64,000 nucleotides of DNA. It comes from Bacteroidota bacterium. Lineage in GTDB: Bacteria; Bacteroidota; Bacteroidia; 2-12-FULL-35-15. Shown piece by piece: positions 47,758 through 57,312 of this stretch. The DNA is taken from positions 56,339 to 120,338 of the forward strand of contig JAZKBF010000010.1 of NCBI GenBank assembly GCA_040388745.1. The letters run 5' to 3'. A model generated the notes under the pieces. The model was not told the DNA's origin and searched no databases. It saw nothing but the letters and a program-made list of their open reading frames with translations. How positions within the stretch are numbered: the first letter of the stretch is position 1; every line of letters starts with the position of its first letter. The position numbers and the translations under genes were made by a program.

Positions 47758-48681
47758 ATGACTAAACTAAGCACAAAACACTTACTTGGAATAAAAGATA
47801 TAACGGCCAATGATATTAATTTAATATTGACCACAGCCGAGAGTTTTAAAGAAGTCATCAATCGCCCTATAAAAAAAGTTCCTTCCTTACGTGATATTAC
47901 CATTGCCAATTTATTTTTCGAAAATTCAACACGCACAAAACTTTCCTTCGAATTAGCTGAAAAGCGCCTTAGTGCTGATGTGATCAATTTTTCTTCCTCC
48001 TCCTCATCTGTAAAAAAAGGGGAAACCTTAATTGATACTGTTAATAATATTTTGGCCATGAAAGTGGACATGGTGGTGATGCGCCATCCCAACCCGGGAG
48101 CAGCATTGTTTTTATCGAAACATGTGAATGCTAAAATTATAAATGCCGGTGATGGCGCTCATGAGCATCCTACTCAGGCATTACTTGATGCCTTTTCTAT
48201 TAAAGAAAAGCTTGGTAACATTAAAGGAAAAAAAATAGCAATTGTAGGAGATATCCTTCACTCAAGGGTGGCTCTTTCAAACATATTCTGCCTACAAAAA
48301 TTGGGTGCTGAAGTTATGGTTTGCGGTCCAACTACCTTAATGCCAAAATATATCAGCAGCCTTGGAGTTAAGGTGGAGCATAATCTAAAAAAGGCCCTTG
48401 AATGGTGCGATGTAGCCAATATGCTTCGTATTCAATTGGAGCGTCAGGATATTAAATATTTCCCTTCTTTACGTGAATATACCATGCTCTTTGGTTTAAA
48501 TAAGGAATTGCTGGATTCGCTTACTAAAAAAATTGTGGTTATGCATCCGGGCCCTATAAATCGTGGGGTTGAAATTACCAGCGATGTGGCGGATAGCGAT
48601 CAAAGTATTATTCTGGAACAAGTGGAGAATGGTGTTGCAGTACGTATGGCAGTGCTGTTTTTGCTGGCGGGCAGGGCTTAA
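47758..48681 (+). CDS. pyrB: Aspartate carbamoyltransferase catalytic subunit
   Basis: FFENSTRT, HEHPTQALLD, GDILHSRV, RIQLER, MHPGPINRG. Confidence 0.97.
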   Translation: MTKLSTKHLLGIKDITANDINLILTTAESFKEVINRPIKKVPSLRDITIANLFFENSTRTKLSFELAEKRLSADVINFSSSSSSVKKGETLIDTVNNILAMKVDMVVMRHPNPGAALFLSKHVNAKIINAGDGAHEHPTQALLDAFSIKEKLGNIKGKKIAIVGDILHSRVALSNIFCLQKLGAEVMVCGPTTLMPKYISSLGVKVEHNLKKALEWCDVANMLRIQLERQDIKYFPSLREYTMLFGLNKELLDSLTKKIVVMHPGPINRGVEITSDVADSDQSIILEQVENGVAVRMAVLFLLAGRA

Positions 48682-48726
48682 TTTGCGGCTTTTGGTGTTA
48701 TTTCCTTTTAAACTTGTTGAAATTAT

Positions 48727-48830
48727 TTGGGCGTTCCTTTCTTAAACAAGAAAGGCGGGCTTTACACTTCAATCTTCCCTACCGCTAATTAGCGGTAGGG
48801 AAGGATTTACGTTACAATCCCTAACGCAGC
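48727..48830 (+). repeat. Flavo-1-like structured repeat, copy 3
   Basis: TTGGGCGTTCCTTTCTTAAACAAGAAAGGCGGGCTTT...CAATCCCTAACGC with two internal hairpins. Confidence 0.7.
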
Positions 48831-49030
48831 ATTTCTATTTGCCACAAAATTTTCAATTCAAAGTCATTTTTTGAGGCCCAATTGGCCTCCCCATAGTCTT
48901 CAACAGGCTCTGGCTGACCGAAATTTAAGTCATTATCAGGATGTTCAAAATTTGCAAATCCATGTATAATCACCATGGATTTGTAATTTTAAAGGATAAT
49001 TTTCGTACTTTTGTAAAAATATCCTTTATT

Positions 49031-49378
49031 ATGAATTTTCAAATAGAAAAAAACGATAAATACACAGTAATAAAGCTTACAGCTGAAAAACTGGATAGCA
49101 CTGTAGCTCCTTCTCTTAAATCTGAGTTGGTAGTATTGAATACAGATGGTGTGAAAAATATTATCATTGATCTTTCTCAATCACGTTATTGCGACTCTTC
49201 AGGATTAAGCGCTATTTTAGTTGCTAATCGCCTGTGCAAAAATAGCCAGGGAGTATTTGTTTTAACGGGCTTACAGGAATCAGTAAAGAAACTGGTTGCT
49301 ATCTCCCAATTGGATACCATCTTAACTATTACCAAAACCTTACCAGAGGCTATTGAACTGTTTTCAGTTCAAGCTTAA
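49031..49378 (+). CDS. STAS-domain anti-sigma factor antagonist
   Basis: IIDLSQSRYCDSSGLSAIL with phosphoacceptor Ser. Start set at ATG 49031 because TACTTTTG (49006-49013) lies inside the longer ORF. Confidence 0.88.
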   Translation: MNFQIEKNDKYTVIKLTAEKLDSTVAPSLKSELVVLNTDGVKNIIIDLSQSRYCDSSGLSAILVANRLCKNSQGVFVLTGLQESVKKLVAISQLDTILTITKTLPEAIELFSVQA

Positions 49379-49518
49379 TAAAGCCCATTGCACCATTTCT
49401 GATATTAAAGAGGAGAGGGCGGAATTAATTTATTAACACTTTTTGAAATTTAAAATTAAAATTTTATCTTTATACCCTAAATCATTTTAAAAACTAAAAC
49501 CCTAAACTCAAAATAATT

Positions 49519-50379
49519 ATGATTAAAAAATTACTTTCAACTGTTTTATTAATTGCAAGCATAGGAGTGATGAACTCTTCGGCACAAGCATTGTGTACAT
49601 CAAATATCTCTTGTGTACCACCAGATTCTACTTTTGGCATCTGCCCTGATTCTTTGACAGGTTTGCCTTTAGGTACTATAAGTCAAGCGTATACTGTTAC
49701 TATGAGTATTAAAATTCCAGCTTCTACAGTTGTTGCAGGTGTAACTTACAACTTGACTCATTTAGCTTTAACTGAGGTTAAAGTTGATACGTCTACTTCA
49801 GGAACAGCTGTTTGGGTTGATCTTTCTGCTATAGGCTTAACCTATTTAGGTAGTGGAGCAAATGTTCCTTCAGGATGTACAAATTGTGCAATTGGTGGTG
49901 GTTATACAATGACTAAATTTGGTTATTGGAATGCTCCAGGTCAATCTTGCGTAATAGTAAGTGGTACTCCAACTAAGACAGGAACTTTTCCAATTAAAAT
50001 TATTTCACAAGCCCGTGCTGTATTTTTTGGAGCAGGAACTTGGGCTGCAGCACCAGAGAACAATGATTACCGTTTAGTTGTTGCAGCACCATCAAGTGTT
50101 GGATCAATTGATCAGGTTAAGTTTGAAGTAAGTCAAAATACTCCAAATCCATTTAGCGATAAATCAGAAATTCGTTTTTCATCAGTAAACAGTTCTGAAG
50201 TTGAATTTAAGGTTTATAATTTACTTGGTTCAGTTGTTTACAGCAGCAATTTCAAATCTGTAAAAGGTATGAACACTATTAGTATTGATGCTAATACTTT
50301 ATCACCAGGTGTTTACATGTATTCAGTTAAAAATGGTGCAAGTACAATCACTAAAAGAATGGTTGTTTCAAACAAATAA
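49519..50379 (+). CDS. T9SS type A cargo protein, paralogue 1
   Basis: Signal peptide, Cys-rich N-domain, CTD QNTPNPF...GVYMYSV...TKRMVV. Confidence 0.85.
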   Translation: MIKKLLSTVLLIASIGVMNSSAQALCTSNISCVPPDSTFGICPDSLTGLPLGTISQAYTVTMSIKIPASTVVAGVTYNLTHLALTEVKVDTSTSGTAVWVDLSAIGLTYLGSGANVPSGCTNCAIGGGYTMTKFGYWNAPGQSCVIVSGTPTKTGTFPIKIISQARAVFFGAGTWAAAPENNDYRLVVAAPSSVGSIDQVKFEVSQNTPNPFSDKSEIRFSSVNSSEVEFKVYNLLGSVVYSSNFKSVKGMNTISIDANTLSPGVYMYSVKNGASTITKRMVVSNK

Positions 50380-50480
50380 TTCAAATTTTGAATTAAAATT
50401 TAAGGTTGCTTAATGCAAACTAAAATCAAAAAAACCGTTCAGCTATTAGCTGAGCGGTTTTTTTTTGATCGATCGTGGAG
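50380..50480 (+). pseudogene. Decayed duplicate of the rnz 5' end
   Basis: Aligns by eye to 51497-51611 (AAATTTTGAATTAA, AGGTTGC, AACCG.TCAG.TATT, AGCTGAGCGGTTTTTTTT.GATCGAT.GTGG). Start codon lost, several indels. Confidence 0.8.
50433..50466 (+). terminator. Intrinsic terminator after paralogue 1
   Basis: AACCGTTCAGCT...AGCTGAGCGGTT stem plus T run (nine T from 50458). Confidence 0.85.
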
Positions 50481-50638
50481 AAACAATTGCGATTTAATGG
50501 AGAAGAGCGAAGTAATTAATTAACAGCCATTTGAATTTTAAAAATAAAACTTTACCTTTATGGCCTAAAATCGTTTTAAAGTCGAAGAAGGGGCTGGAAA
50601 ATGACTAAAAGGCTATAAATTCTAATTACTATTTTACT

Positions 50639-51496
50639 ATGATCAAAAAAATACTTTCAGTCGTTCTATTAATTACTAGTGTAGGGGTTATGAATTCTTC
50701 TGCTCAAGCAGTATGTACTCCAAACATAACCTGCGTCCATACCGATTCTACTTTTGGTATTTGCCCGGATTCTATGACCGGTATACCTTCAGGTACTATA
50801 AATCAAGCTTATACTGTTACCATGAGTATTAAATTGCCAGCTACATCTTTAGTTCTGGGACAAACAGTTACTCTTAGTCATTTAGCCTTAACGGAAGTTT
50901 TAGTAGATACTTCTACTTCAGGTACAGCGGTATGGGTTGATATATCAGCAATAGGATTAACTTATTTAGGTAATGGAGCAAATACTCCTTCGGGAGGTGT
51001 TACTGGAATTGGAAGTTATACAATGACTAAATTTTGTTATTGGGATGCTCCGGGACAATCGTGTGTAATAGTAAGTGGAACTCCAACAAAAGCGGGAGAT
51101 TTTCCAGTAAAGATCAAATCAAAAGGACGTGGTGTTGCTTTTGGACTGGGAACATGGGCAAATGCGGCAGAAAACAATAATTACAAATTGCATGTAGTAG
51201 ATCCGGCTGCAGGAATTGAATCTCTTAATTTATCTAAGTTTGATGTGGGTCAAAATACACCCAATCCTTTTAGTACTAAATCAGAAATTGGTTTTACATC
51301 TGTAACTAATTCTGATGTTGAGTTTAACGTTTATGATATGCTTGGCGCTGTGGTATATTCCCGTAATTTCAAATCAGTAAAAGGTATTAACACTATTTCT
51401 CTTGATGCAAATTCATTTGCTCCCGGGGTTTATATGTATTCTGTTAAAAATGGTGCTATTACCACAACAAAAAGAATGGTTGTTTCCAATAAATAA
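50639..51496 (+). CDS. T9SS type A cargo protein, paralogue 2
   Basis: End-to-end homologous to 49519-50379; stop codon overlaps the rnz start (TAATG). Confidence 0.85.
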   Translation: MIKKILSVVLLITSVGVMNSSAQAVCTPNITCVHTDSTFGICPDSMTGIPSGTINQAYTVTMSIKLPATSLVLGQTVTLSHLALTEVLVDTSTSGTAVWVDISAIGLTYLGNGANTPSGGVTGIGSYTMTKFCYWDAPGQSCVIVSGTPTKAGDFPVKIKSKGRGVAFGLGTWANAAENNNYKLHVVDPAAGIESLNLSKFDVGQNTPNPFSTKSEIGFTSVTNSDVEFNVYDMLGAVVYSRNFKSVKGINTISLDANSFAPGVYMYSVKNGAITTTKRMVVSNK

Positions 51497-52425
51497 TGCA
51501 AAATTTTGAATTAACTATTTTAGGTTGCAGTAGTGCAACTCCAACATCAACGCGCAATCCAACCGCTCAGTTATTAAATATAGCTGAGCGGTTTTTTTTG
51601 ATCGATTGTGGCGAGGCCACGCAAATTCAGTTACGCAAGTTTAAGCTGAAATTTCAGCGCATAAATCATATTTTTATCAGCCATTTGCATGGTGATCATT
51701 ACCTGGGATTGATCGGGTTGTTATCCAGCATGCATTTGTTGGGAAGAACAGTTGAGCTTCATCTATATTGCCCTCCGGAACTGGAAGAAATAATTGAGGT
51801 GCAATTCAAACATTCCCAAACTTATTTAAGATTCAAAATTATTTATCATCATCATAAATTTATTGCCAATGATTTGATCTTTGAAGATAATAAGGTTGAA
51901 GTACGCACCATTCTATTGAATCACCGGATCCCTTGTTGTGGTTTTTTATTTACTGAAAAGCCTTTGCTTGCCAATATTTCAAAAGAGGTCTTACAAAAAT
52001 ACCATATCCCGGTAGAACAAATTTTAGCGATAAAAGGAGGTGCTGATTTTATTACAGCCGAAGGGGAATTAATACCAAATAGTAAACTAGTAAGCAATAA
52101 ACTCAAACCCCGCAGCTATGCGTATTGTTCGGATACCTGCTATGATGAGCGGATCATAGAGATCATAAAAGGAGTGGACCTGTTATACCACGAAGCTACT
52201 TTTTTAAATGATATGTTACCACGGGCAAAAGAAACATTTCATAGCACTGCTTTACAAGCCGCTACAATAGCTCAAAAAGCAGAGGTACGTCAATTGATGA
52301 TCGGACATTATTCGGCACGTTACAGAGATCTACAACCCTTGCTTGACGAAGCTCAGACAGTTTTTAGCAATACTATATTGTCGATAGAAGGTAAAAGTAC
52401 GGTGGTGGAGCCGGTTAGTATTTAA
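51496..52425 (+). CDS. rnz: Ribonuclease Z
   Basis: LIDCGEATQ, SHLHGDH, YCSDT, HEATF, HST, GHYS. Confidence 0.95.
   Translation: MQNFELTILGCSSATPTSTRNPTAQLLNIAERFFLIDCGEATQIQLRKFKLKFQRINHIFISHLHGDHYLGLIGLLSSMHLLGRTVELHLYCPPELEEIIEVQFKHSQTYLRFKIIYHHHKFIANDLIFEDNKVEVRTILLNHRIPCCGFLFTEKPLLANISKEVLQKYHIPVEQILAIKGGADFITAEGELIPNSKLVSNKLKPRSYAYCSDTCYDERIIEIIKGVDLLYHEATFLNDMLPRAKETFHSTALQAATIAQKAEVRQLMIGHYSARYRDLQPLLDEAQTVFSNTILSIEGKSTVVEPVSI
51561..51599 (+). terminator. Terminator-like hairpin inside the rnz CDS
   Basis: AACCGCTCAGTTA-TTAAATA-TAGCTGAGCGGTT (13 bp, one G.U) with eight T at 51592-51599. Confidence 0.7.
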
Positions 52426-52642
52426 TATGTAATATTTAATATTTAATATGTAATGTGGGGGACCTGTTATGGGAGCTTTGCGTGTTTTCTTATCATCTTT
52501 AATTATTCCGGTAAATTATTCATTAACAGGCATAAAGCACTTACTACTTTTTTACTGAAAAATAATTGAAAAAAAAGTTTGTGGAAACAAATTCAATATG
52601 TACTTTTGATTATTATTTAAAATCAGTCTAAATAATTTTTTT

Positions 52643-53314
52643 GTGGAAAAGATCAAAATTATCATAGCCAACAGTCATTTTTTAAGCCGCAAAGGTTTAG
52701 TAGCTCTATTGAATGAGAATACTGACTTTGTGCTATTGGCCGAGGCATTGAGTACTTCTGATCTTATAAATCAATCCAAATTCTACAAACCCGATCTAAT
52801 TATTATTGATTACACTTCTGTAAACTTCAGTTTAGAAGGATTACAGCAAATTGTAAAAAAATATCCTAAAGCCAAATTACTTGCCATCACTGAATTGCAG
52901 AGCAATGAAATCATTTCAAAAGGTTTGAAAATTGGTGTTACCAGTCATTTGCTGAAAGATTGCGATCAGGATGAAATAATAGAGGCAATGTATAAAACTG
53001 CTAAAGGAGAAAAATTTATATGCGGTAAAATTGCAAATGCAGTTTTAAATGAAAAAGCTGCTACTGTGTCTGAATATTCCTGCCAGGGAATGAATATCAG
53101 CGATCGTGAAATGGAGATCATCACTTTAATTGCTGAAGGTTATTCCAATAAAGAAGTGGCTGATAAATTATTTTTAAGTACACATACTGTAACTACCCAC
53201 CGCAAAAATATTATGAATAAGTTAGGTGTTAATAATACTGCCGGGCTTGTTTTATTTGCGGTTCGCGAAAACCTTGTGAGCCCTAATCATTTTTTATTTT
53301 CGTCAAGTAATTAA
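52643..53314 (+). CDS. NarL/LuxR-family response regulator (atypical receiver)
   Basis: C-terminal HTH ISDREMEIITLIAEGYSNKEVADKLFLSTHTVTTHRKN. TACTTTTG promoter motif at 52601-52608. Confidence 0.88.
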   Translation: MEKIKIIIANSHFLSRKGLVALLNENTDFVLLAEALSTSDLINQSKFYKPDLIIIDYTSVNFSLEGLQQIVKKYPKAKLLAITELQSNEIISKGLKIGVTSHLLKDCDQDEIIEAMYKTAKGEKFICGKIANAVLNEKAATVSEYSCQGMNISDREMEIITLIAEGYSNKEVADKLFLSTHTVTTHRKNIMNKLGVNNTAGLVLFAVRENLVSPNHFLFSSSN

Positions 53315-54387
53315 ATTCTCTTTCTTTTTCCCCACCACATCATAAAACCTGTAATGGGTAAACTGGCGGCAATTAATGCGGCAAAGAATACTATTATCTC
53401 ACCAATTGTACCAAACACTTTCCCCGTATGTATCTCCAGGTTGGTAGCTTTTAGCTTATCACCAGTAGAAGTATTTTCATACAATTGCACTTTGAGCAGG
53501 CTCCCGCTATATTGATCAAAAAGTAGTTGGTCTTGTTTTTTATAAAAACCATTATTTTCATAACGCATTGTTACCCTGTAAACTCCGGCAGAATCTTCCG
53601 GCATACTAATGAAACACTCTTGGCTTTGCGTATATAAATTTCCTGTTTTTTTTATAACATCATCAATAGTGATAGGTAATGCATTTGCAGTATAACTTGA
53701 ATGCAACATTCTTTTTTCTTCTTTTTTTGAATCGCTGAGCCAATACATACTGTTCTCAGCCCACTTAAATGACCATATAATGCCTGTTAATGCTGTAAAA
53801 ATGATTATCCAGGCGGCATAAAATCCAAGTACGCTGTGTAGATCATAGTTGCGTTTTTTCCATCGTACATTGCGTGCAATGGAAAATTTTTGTTTCAGAA
53901 TTTTTTTATTTTGAGGCCACCACAAAACGATTCCGCTTATTAACATTCCAATAAAAATAAGCGCGGAACTGCCGGTGATCAATTTTCCGGGTTCACCTAA
54001 ATAAAGGTGCCTGTGGATCTTTAATATCGTTCCAAAAAAATCGGTGTCTTTATTCGCAGAACCTAATACTTCCGCTGTATAGGGATTGACATAGACCGAT
54101 TGTTTATTTTTAAGGATTATTTCCACGCTACTCAAGGAATCAGATTTTATCCTGATATTTTTTATTCCCGGCTTTGGGTACTTTTTACGAGTAGCCTCAA
54201 TAAGTTCAGTAAATGATATTTTGGAAGTACCTGCTGCTTTTACAAACAATGCATCGTCATATACGATGTTTCTCACTTCTTCCTCTAAAGCATAGATACA
54301 TCCCGTTATAGCAACTGTAAATACTACAAGTCCACTAAGTAATCCCAGCCAAAGATGCAGCTGCCTGATGAGTTGTTTTAATCGCAT
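53311..54387 (-). CDS. PepSY-associated TM domain protein (FoxB/PiuB-like)
   Basis: LHLWLGL..G...ITG, IHRHL, DLHSVLGFY, EIHTG. Confidence 0.88.
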   Translation of the reverse strand: MRLKQLIRQLHLWLGLLSGLVVFTVAITGCIYALEEEVRNIVYDDALFVKAAGTSKISFTELIEATRKKYPKPGIKNIRIKSDSLSSVEIILKNKQSVYVNPYTAEVLGSANKDTDFFGTILKIHRHLYLGEPGKLITGSSALIFIGMLISGIVLWWPQNKKILKQKFSIARNVRWKKRNYDLHSVLGFYAAWIIIFTALTGIIWSFKWAENSMYWLSDSKKEEKRMLHSSYTANALPITIDDVIKKTGNLYTQSQECFISMPEDSAGVYRVTMRYENNGFYKKQDQLLFDQYSGSLLKVQLYENTSTGDKLKATNLEIHTGKVFGTIGEIIVFFAALIAASLPITGFMMWWGKRKRI

Positions 54388-54446
54388 GAAATTTCTCGAA
54401 AGTTGTTTAGTTAAGAATAATAAATGCTTAAAAAGCCCCGCACATA

Positions 54447-54498
54447 CTTCGACAGGCTCAGTATGACATCACACGGTGGTCTTCAGAGCTTGTCGAAG
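54447..54498. repeat. REP-like inverted repeat
   Basis: CTTCGACAGGCTCAGTATGAC ... GTCTTCAGAGCTTGTCGAAG; shares its core with the 26627 palindrome. Confidence 0.7.
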
Positions 54499-54562
54499 AT
54501 TTTGAATCAGTTGAATTTTCACCCCTAACTTTACCTGTTTGATATTTTTTTGTTGAAAAAAA

Positions 54563-56974
54563 TTAAAATTTATAACTTAATGTCGCTGCCGCTTGACGAG
54601 GAGCAATAGGATTTACGCTGTTATCGTCATGAACATTGTAACTTAACTGGTTAAGAATATTTGAAACTTTGAACCGTACAGAAATATTATTTTTTGCATA
54701 TCCAATACTTGCATCCAATAGAGAATAATCAGGAAGGACGATAGGTTTATAAGTGTCGTTAAGGACAGTAACCCTTGTAGAGCGGCCAGCAACTCTGTCG
54801 CCAATATATAACATCCCTATACCTACATTAAATCCACTTAATATTTTACTACCGCTGAATGAATAATAAATACTTGTATTTGCAGTGTTAGCTGGATTGT
54901 ATAATAACCTGCTGCCAACAATATAGGTGTTACTTTTTGTATATCTCGTATCATTAAAGCTATACCCGGCAATTATTGAAATTCCTTTGTAAGATCTGCT
55001 CATTATATCCAACTCAAGCCCCTTACTTGTAACTTCACCAGCAAGCTCTTTAATATTTGAATTTGTGTTGCCGTTTACCAAAGTGGTTTGCACTAAGTTG
55101 CTGTTAATAATTTGGTACACAGTAAGGTTTGCCGAAAGTAATCCATTGAATAGATCATTTTTAATACCTGCCTCATATTGGTTAACGAATGATGGGGCTA
55201 ATGCTTTATTATCAATATCTACTCCTTTATTTGGAATGAATGAATTTGAATAGCTGGCAAATAGTGACATTGTTTTTAATGGTTGATAAACCAATCCAAA
55301 ACGAGGGGTAATTGCATTATCAAATTGTTTTGTTTCAACAACCGCTTTTGTACTGGTTGTATAAACACTGCTAAAAGTTTCGAGATAGGAGAAACGGACT
55401 CCCGCTAATACTTTTATTTGTTTGGTAATTTCAATTAGATCCTGAACATATACTCCTACGCGCTTAATTGGGCTGCTAGTTTTAGTTTTAACAGTTAAAT
55501 CGGGAATATCGTTTCTTTGTTTGTATTTACCAAGATCAAATACGTTGATAGAGTCATAAATATTTACTGCATTGTAAGCATCAGTGTTTGTATAATATTG
55601 ATCGGCATCAGCACCAAATAATAAATTGTGTTTTATAGCCCAGGTATTAAATCTTCCCGTTAGATCAAGTTGAGTAATGGAATACTCTTCATCAATTTTA
55701 GTACGTTGAAGTCCTCTGATCCAATTTCCGTTTGCTCTGATAAACTGGCTGTTACCATTCGGCCGTTGATTGGCAAACAGATCATTATTAAATTGCTGGT
55801 AGGATGTAACACTGCGAATTTCCCAATTTTTGTTTAAATGGTGTGTTATAGTTGAAGTAATACTTTTTTGTTCTGTTTTGATGTAGGACCAGGCTACTCC
55901 AAGAAATTGATTGCGTGGAATGTCAATCAGTTTATAGTTAATTGCACCTACACCAAAATCTGCAGTACGGTTATCTTTCAGGTAATCACCTTCAATTAAG
56001 AAATCTGTTTTTTTACCCAGCTTTATCAGGAATGAAGGATTAATGTAAATTCGTTCTGCGTTTACAAGATCACGAAAACTACGCGATTTTTCATAGGTAG
56101 TATTCATCCTATATGCAATGCGATTGTTTTTGTCCATCGCACCGTATACATCAATAGAAGGTTTGTAAAAATCATAACTTCCTGTTTGCATTGTAATTTC
56201 TCCACCTTTTTTGAAATCAGGCTTTTTGGTAACTAAATTAATAACACCGCCTGCAGCAACGTTTCCAAACAAAATGGCAGAACTGCCTTTCATCACTTCA
56301 ATACGCTCTAATGCACTCATTTCGGGCATCGCTAGGTTATTAAAACGCACCCCATTTTTAAAAGTGTTATTGCTACCAAATGCGAACCCTCTTCCAGCAA
56401 TTTCTTCCTGGTAACCACCACTTGTTCCCATCAGATACACACCGTTAAAATTTTTCAAAGCATCACTCATGCGAAGGGTTTGCTGTTGTTCCATTGTTTC
56501 TTTATCAATGAAAGCAATACTTTGCGGCAGATCCAATGGTTTGATGTTTATTTTGCCAATGTTCACCGGTTTTTCGTTATTACTTTTGGTCACAGAAACT
56601 ACCACTTCCTGCAATTGCTGGCTGTTCTCAATTAAAGAAAAATCCATAGCATTTGTTTGATCAGCTTTTACTTCTAATGCCCGGATCATTTTTTCAAGGC
56701 CAATTAAACTCACCTGTAAGGAGTATGTACCCGGTTGAATATTATCAATTGAATAATCACCTTCTTTATTTGTAACTGCGGTCATTTTTGTTCCTATAAT
56801 ACCAACATTTACAAATTCAGCAGGTTTGCCATCAGATGTAGTTACTTTTCCTTTTACAGCACCTGTTTGGGCAAAGGAATATGCACTTAATACAATTAAG
56901 GCAATTGCTAACCTCAATTTTAAAACCGCTTTTTTTATTGAAAAACCTGACAATTGGGATAAATATACTCTCAT
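54563..56974 (-). CDS. TonB-dependent siderophore receptor
   Basis: CarboxypepD-like N-domain, plug (DLPQSIAFID, ERIEVMKGSSAILFG), terminal YKF. Confidence 0.9.
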   Translation of the reverse strand: MRVYLSQLSGFSIKKAVLKLRLAIALIVLSAYSFAQTGAVKGKVTTSDGKPAEFVNVGIIGTKMTAVTNKEGDYSIDNIQPGTYSLQVSLIGLEKMIRALEVKADQTNAMDFSLIENSQQLQEVVVSVTKSNNEKPVNIGKINIKPLDLPQSIAFIDKETMEQQQTLRMSDALKNFNGVYLMGTSGGYQEEIAGRGFAFGSNNTFKNGVRFNNLAMPEMSALERIEVMKGSSAILFGNVAAGGVINLVTKKPDFKKGGEITMQTGSYDFYKPSIDVYGAMDKNNRIAYRMNTTYEKSRSFRDLVNAERIYINPSFLIKLGKKTDFLIEGDYLKDNRTADFGVGAINYKLIDIPRNQFLGVAWSYIKTEQKSITSTITHHLNKNWEIRSVTSYQQFNNDLFANQRPNGNSQFIRANGNWIRGLQRTKIDEEYSITQLDLTGRFNTWAIKHNLLFGADADQYYTNTDAYNAVNIYDSINVFDLGKYKQRNDIPDLTVKTKTSSPIKRVGVYVQDLIEITKQIKVLAGVRFSYLETFSSVYTTSTKAVVETKQFDNAITPRFGLVYQPLKTMSLFASYSNSFIPNKGVDIDNKALAPSFVNQYEAGIKNDLFNGLLSANLTVYQIINSNLVQTTLVNGNTNSNIKELAGEVTSKGLELDIMSRSYKGISIIAGYSFNDTRYTKSNTYIVGSRLLYNPANTANTSIYYSFSGSKILSGFNVGIGMLYIGDRVAGRSTRVTVLNDTYKPIVLPDYSLLDASIGYAKNNISVRFKVSNILNQLSYNVHDDNSVNPIAPRQAAATLSYKF

Positions 56975-56980
56975 GCTACT

Positions 56981-57024
56981 TTATTTAGATTTGTTTTAAA
57001 ATTATTTAGACTTGTTTTAAATAA
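56981..57024. promoter_or_regulatory. Two tandem Fur-box-like palindromes
   Basis: TTATTTAGATTTGTTTTAAAATT and TTATTTAGACTTGTTTTAAATAA with a 21-bp period, 7-50 nt upstream of the receptor start. Confidence 0.6.
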
Positions 57025-57312
57025 CGATGCAAAAATCTACATTCATTAGCTTATAGGCAATACCTAAATTGTGGTATTCCTTCATTTAAACTAAAAATAC
57101 CTAAAATGGGGTATCGCTAATGGGATCGTTGCCAATTTTTAGAATTATCACTAATTTTTTAGAAAATTTTGTCATCCTTTTTCTCTTATGAAACCAGCTC
57201 CAACTCACTTTCAAGTCCTTTATTCTATTTGTTAAAAAAACTTAATTTTTATATTTTAAAGAATCAAACCTTTATTTTTTTCGCATCTTTGCAAAAACAG
57301 CTATTGTCAATT

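Noticed and set aside
48941-49030. N-terminal extension of the STAS ORF in the track
   Set aside because: It contains the TACTTTTG promoter motif, and the STAS fold begins at Met 49031.
57169-57312. N-terminal extension of the pre-SulP ORF
   Set aside because: Low-complexity promoter-like sequence; TTG at 57313 gives a plausible N-terminus.
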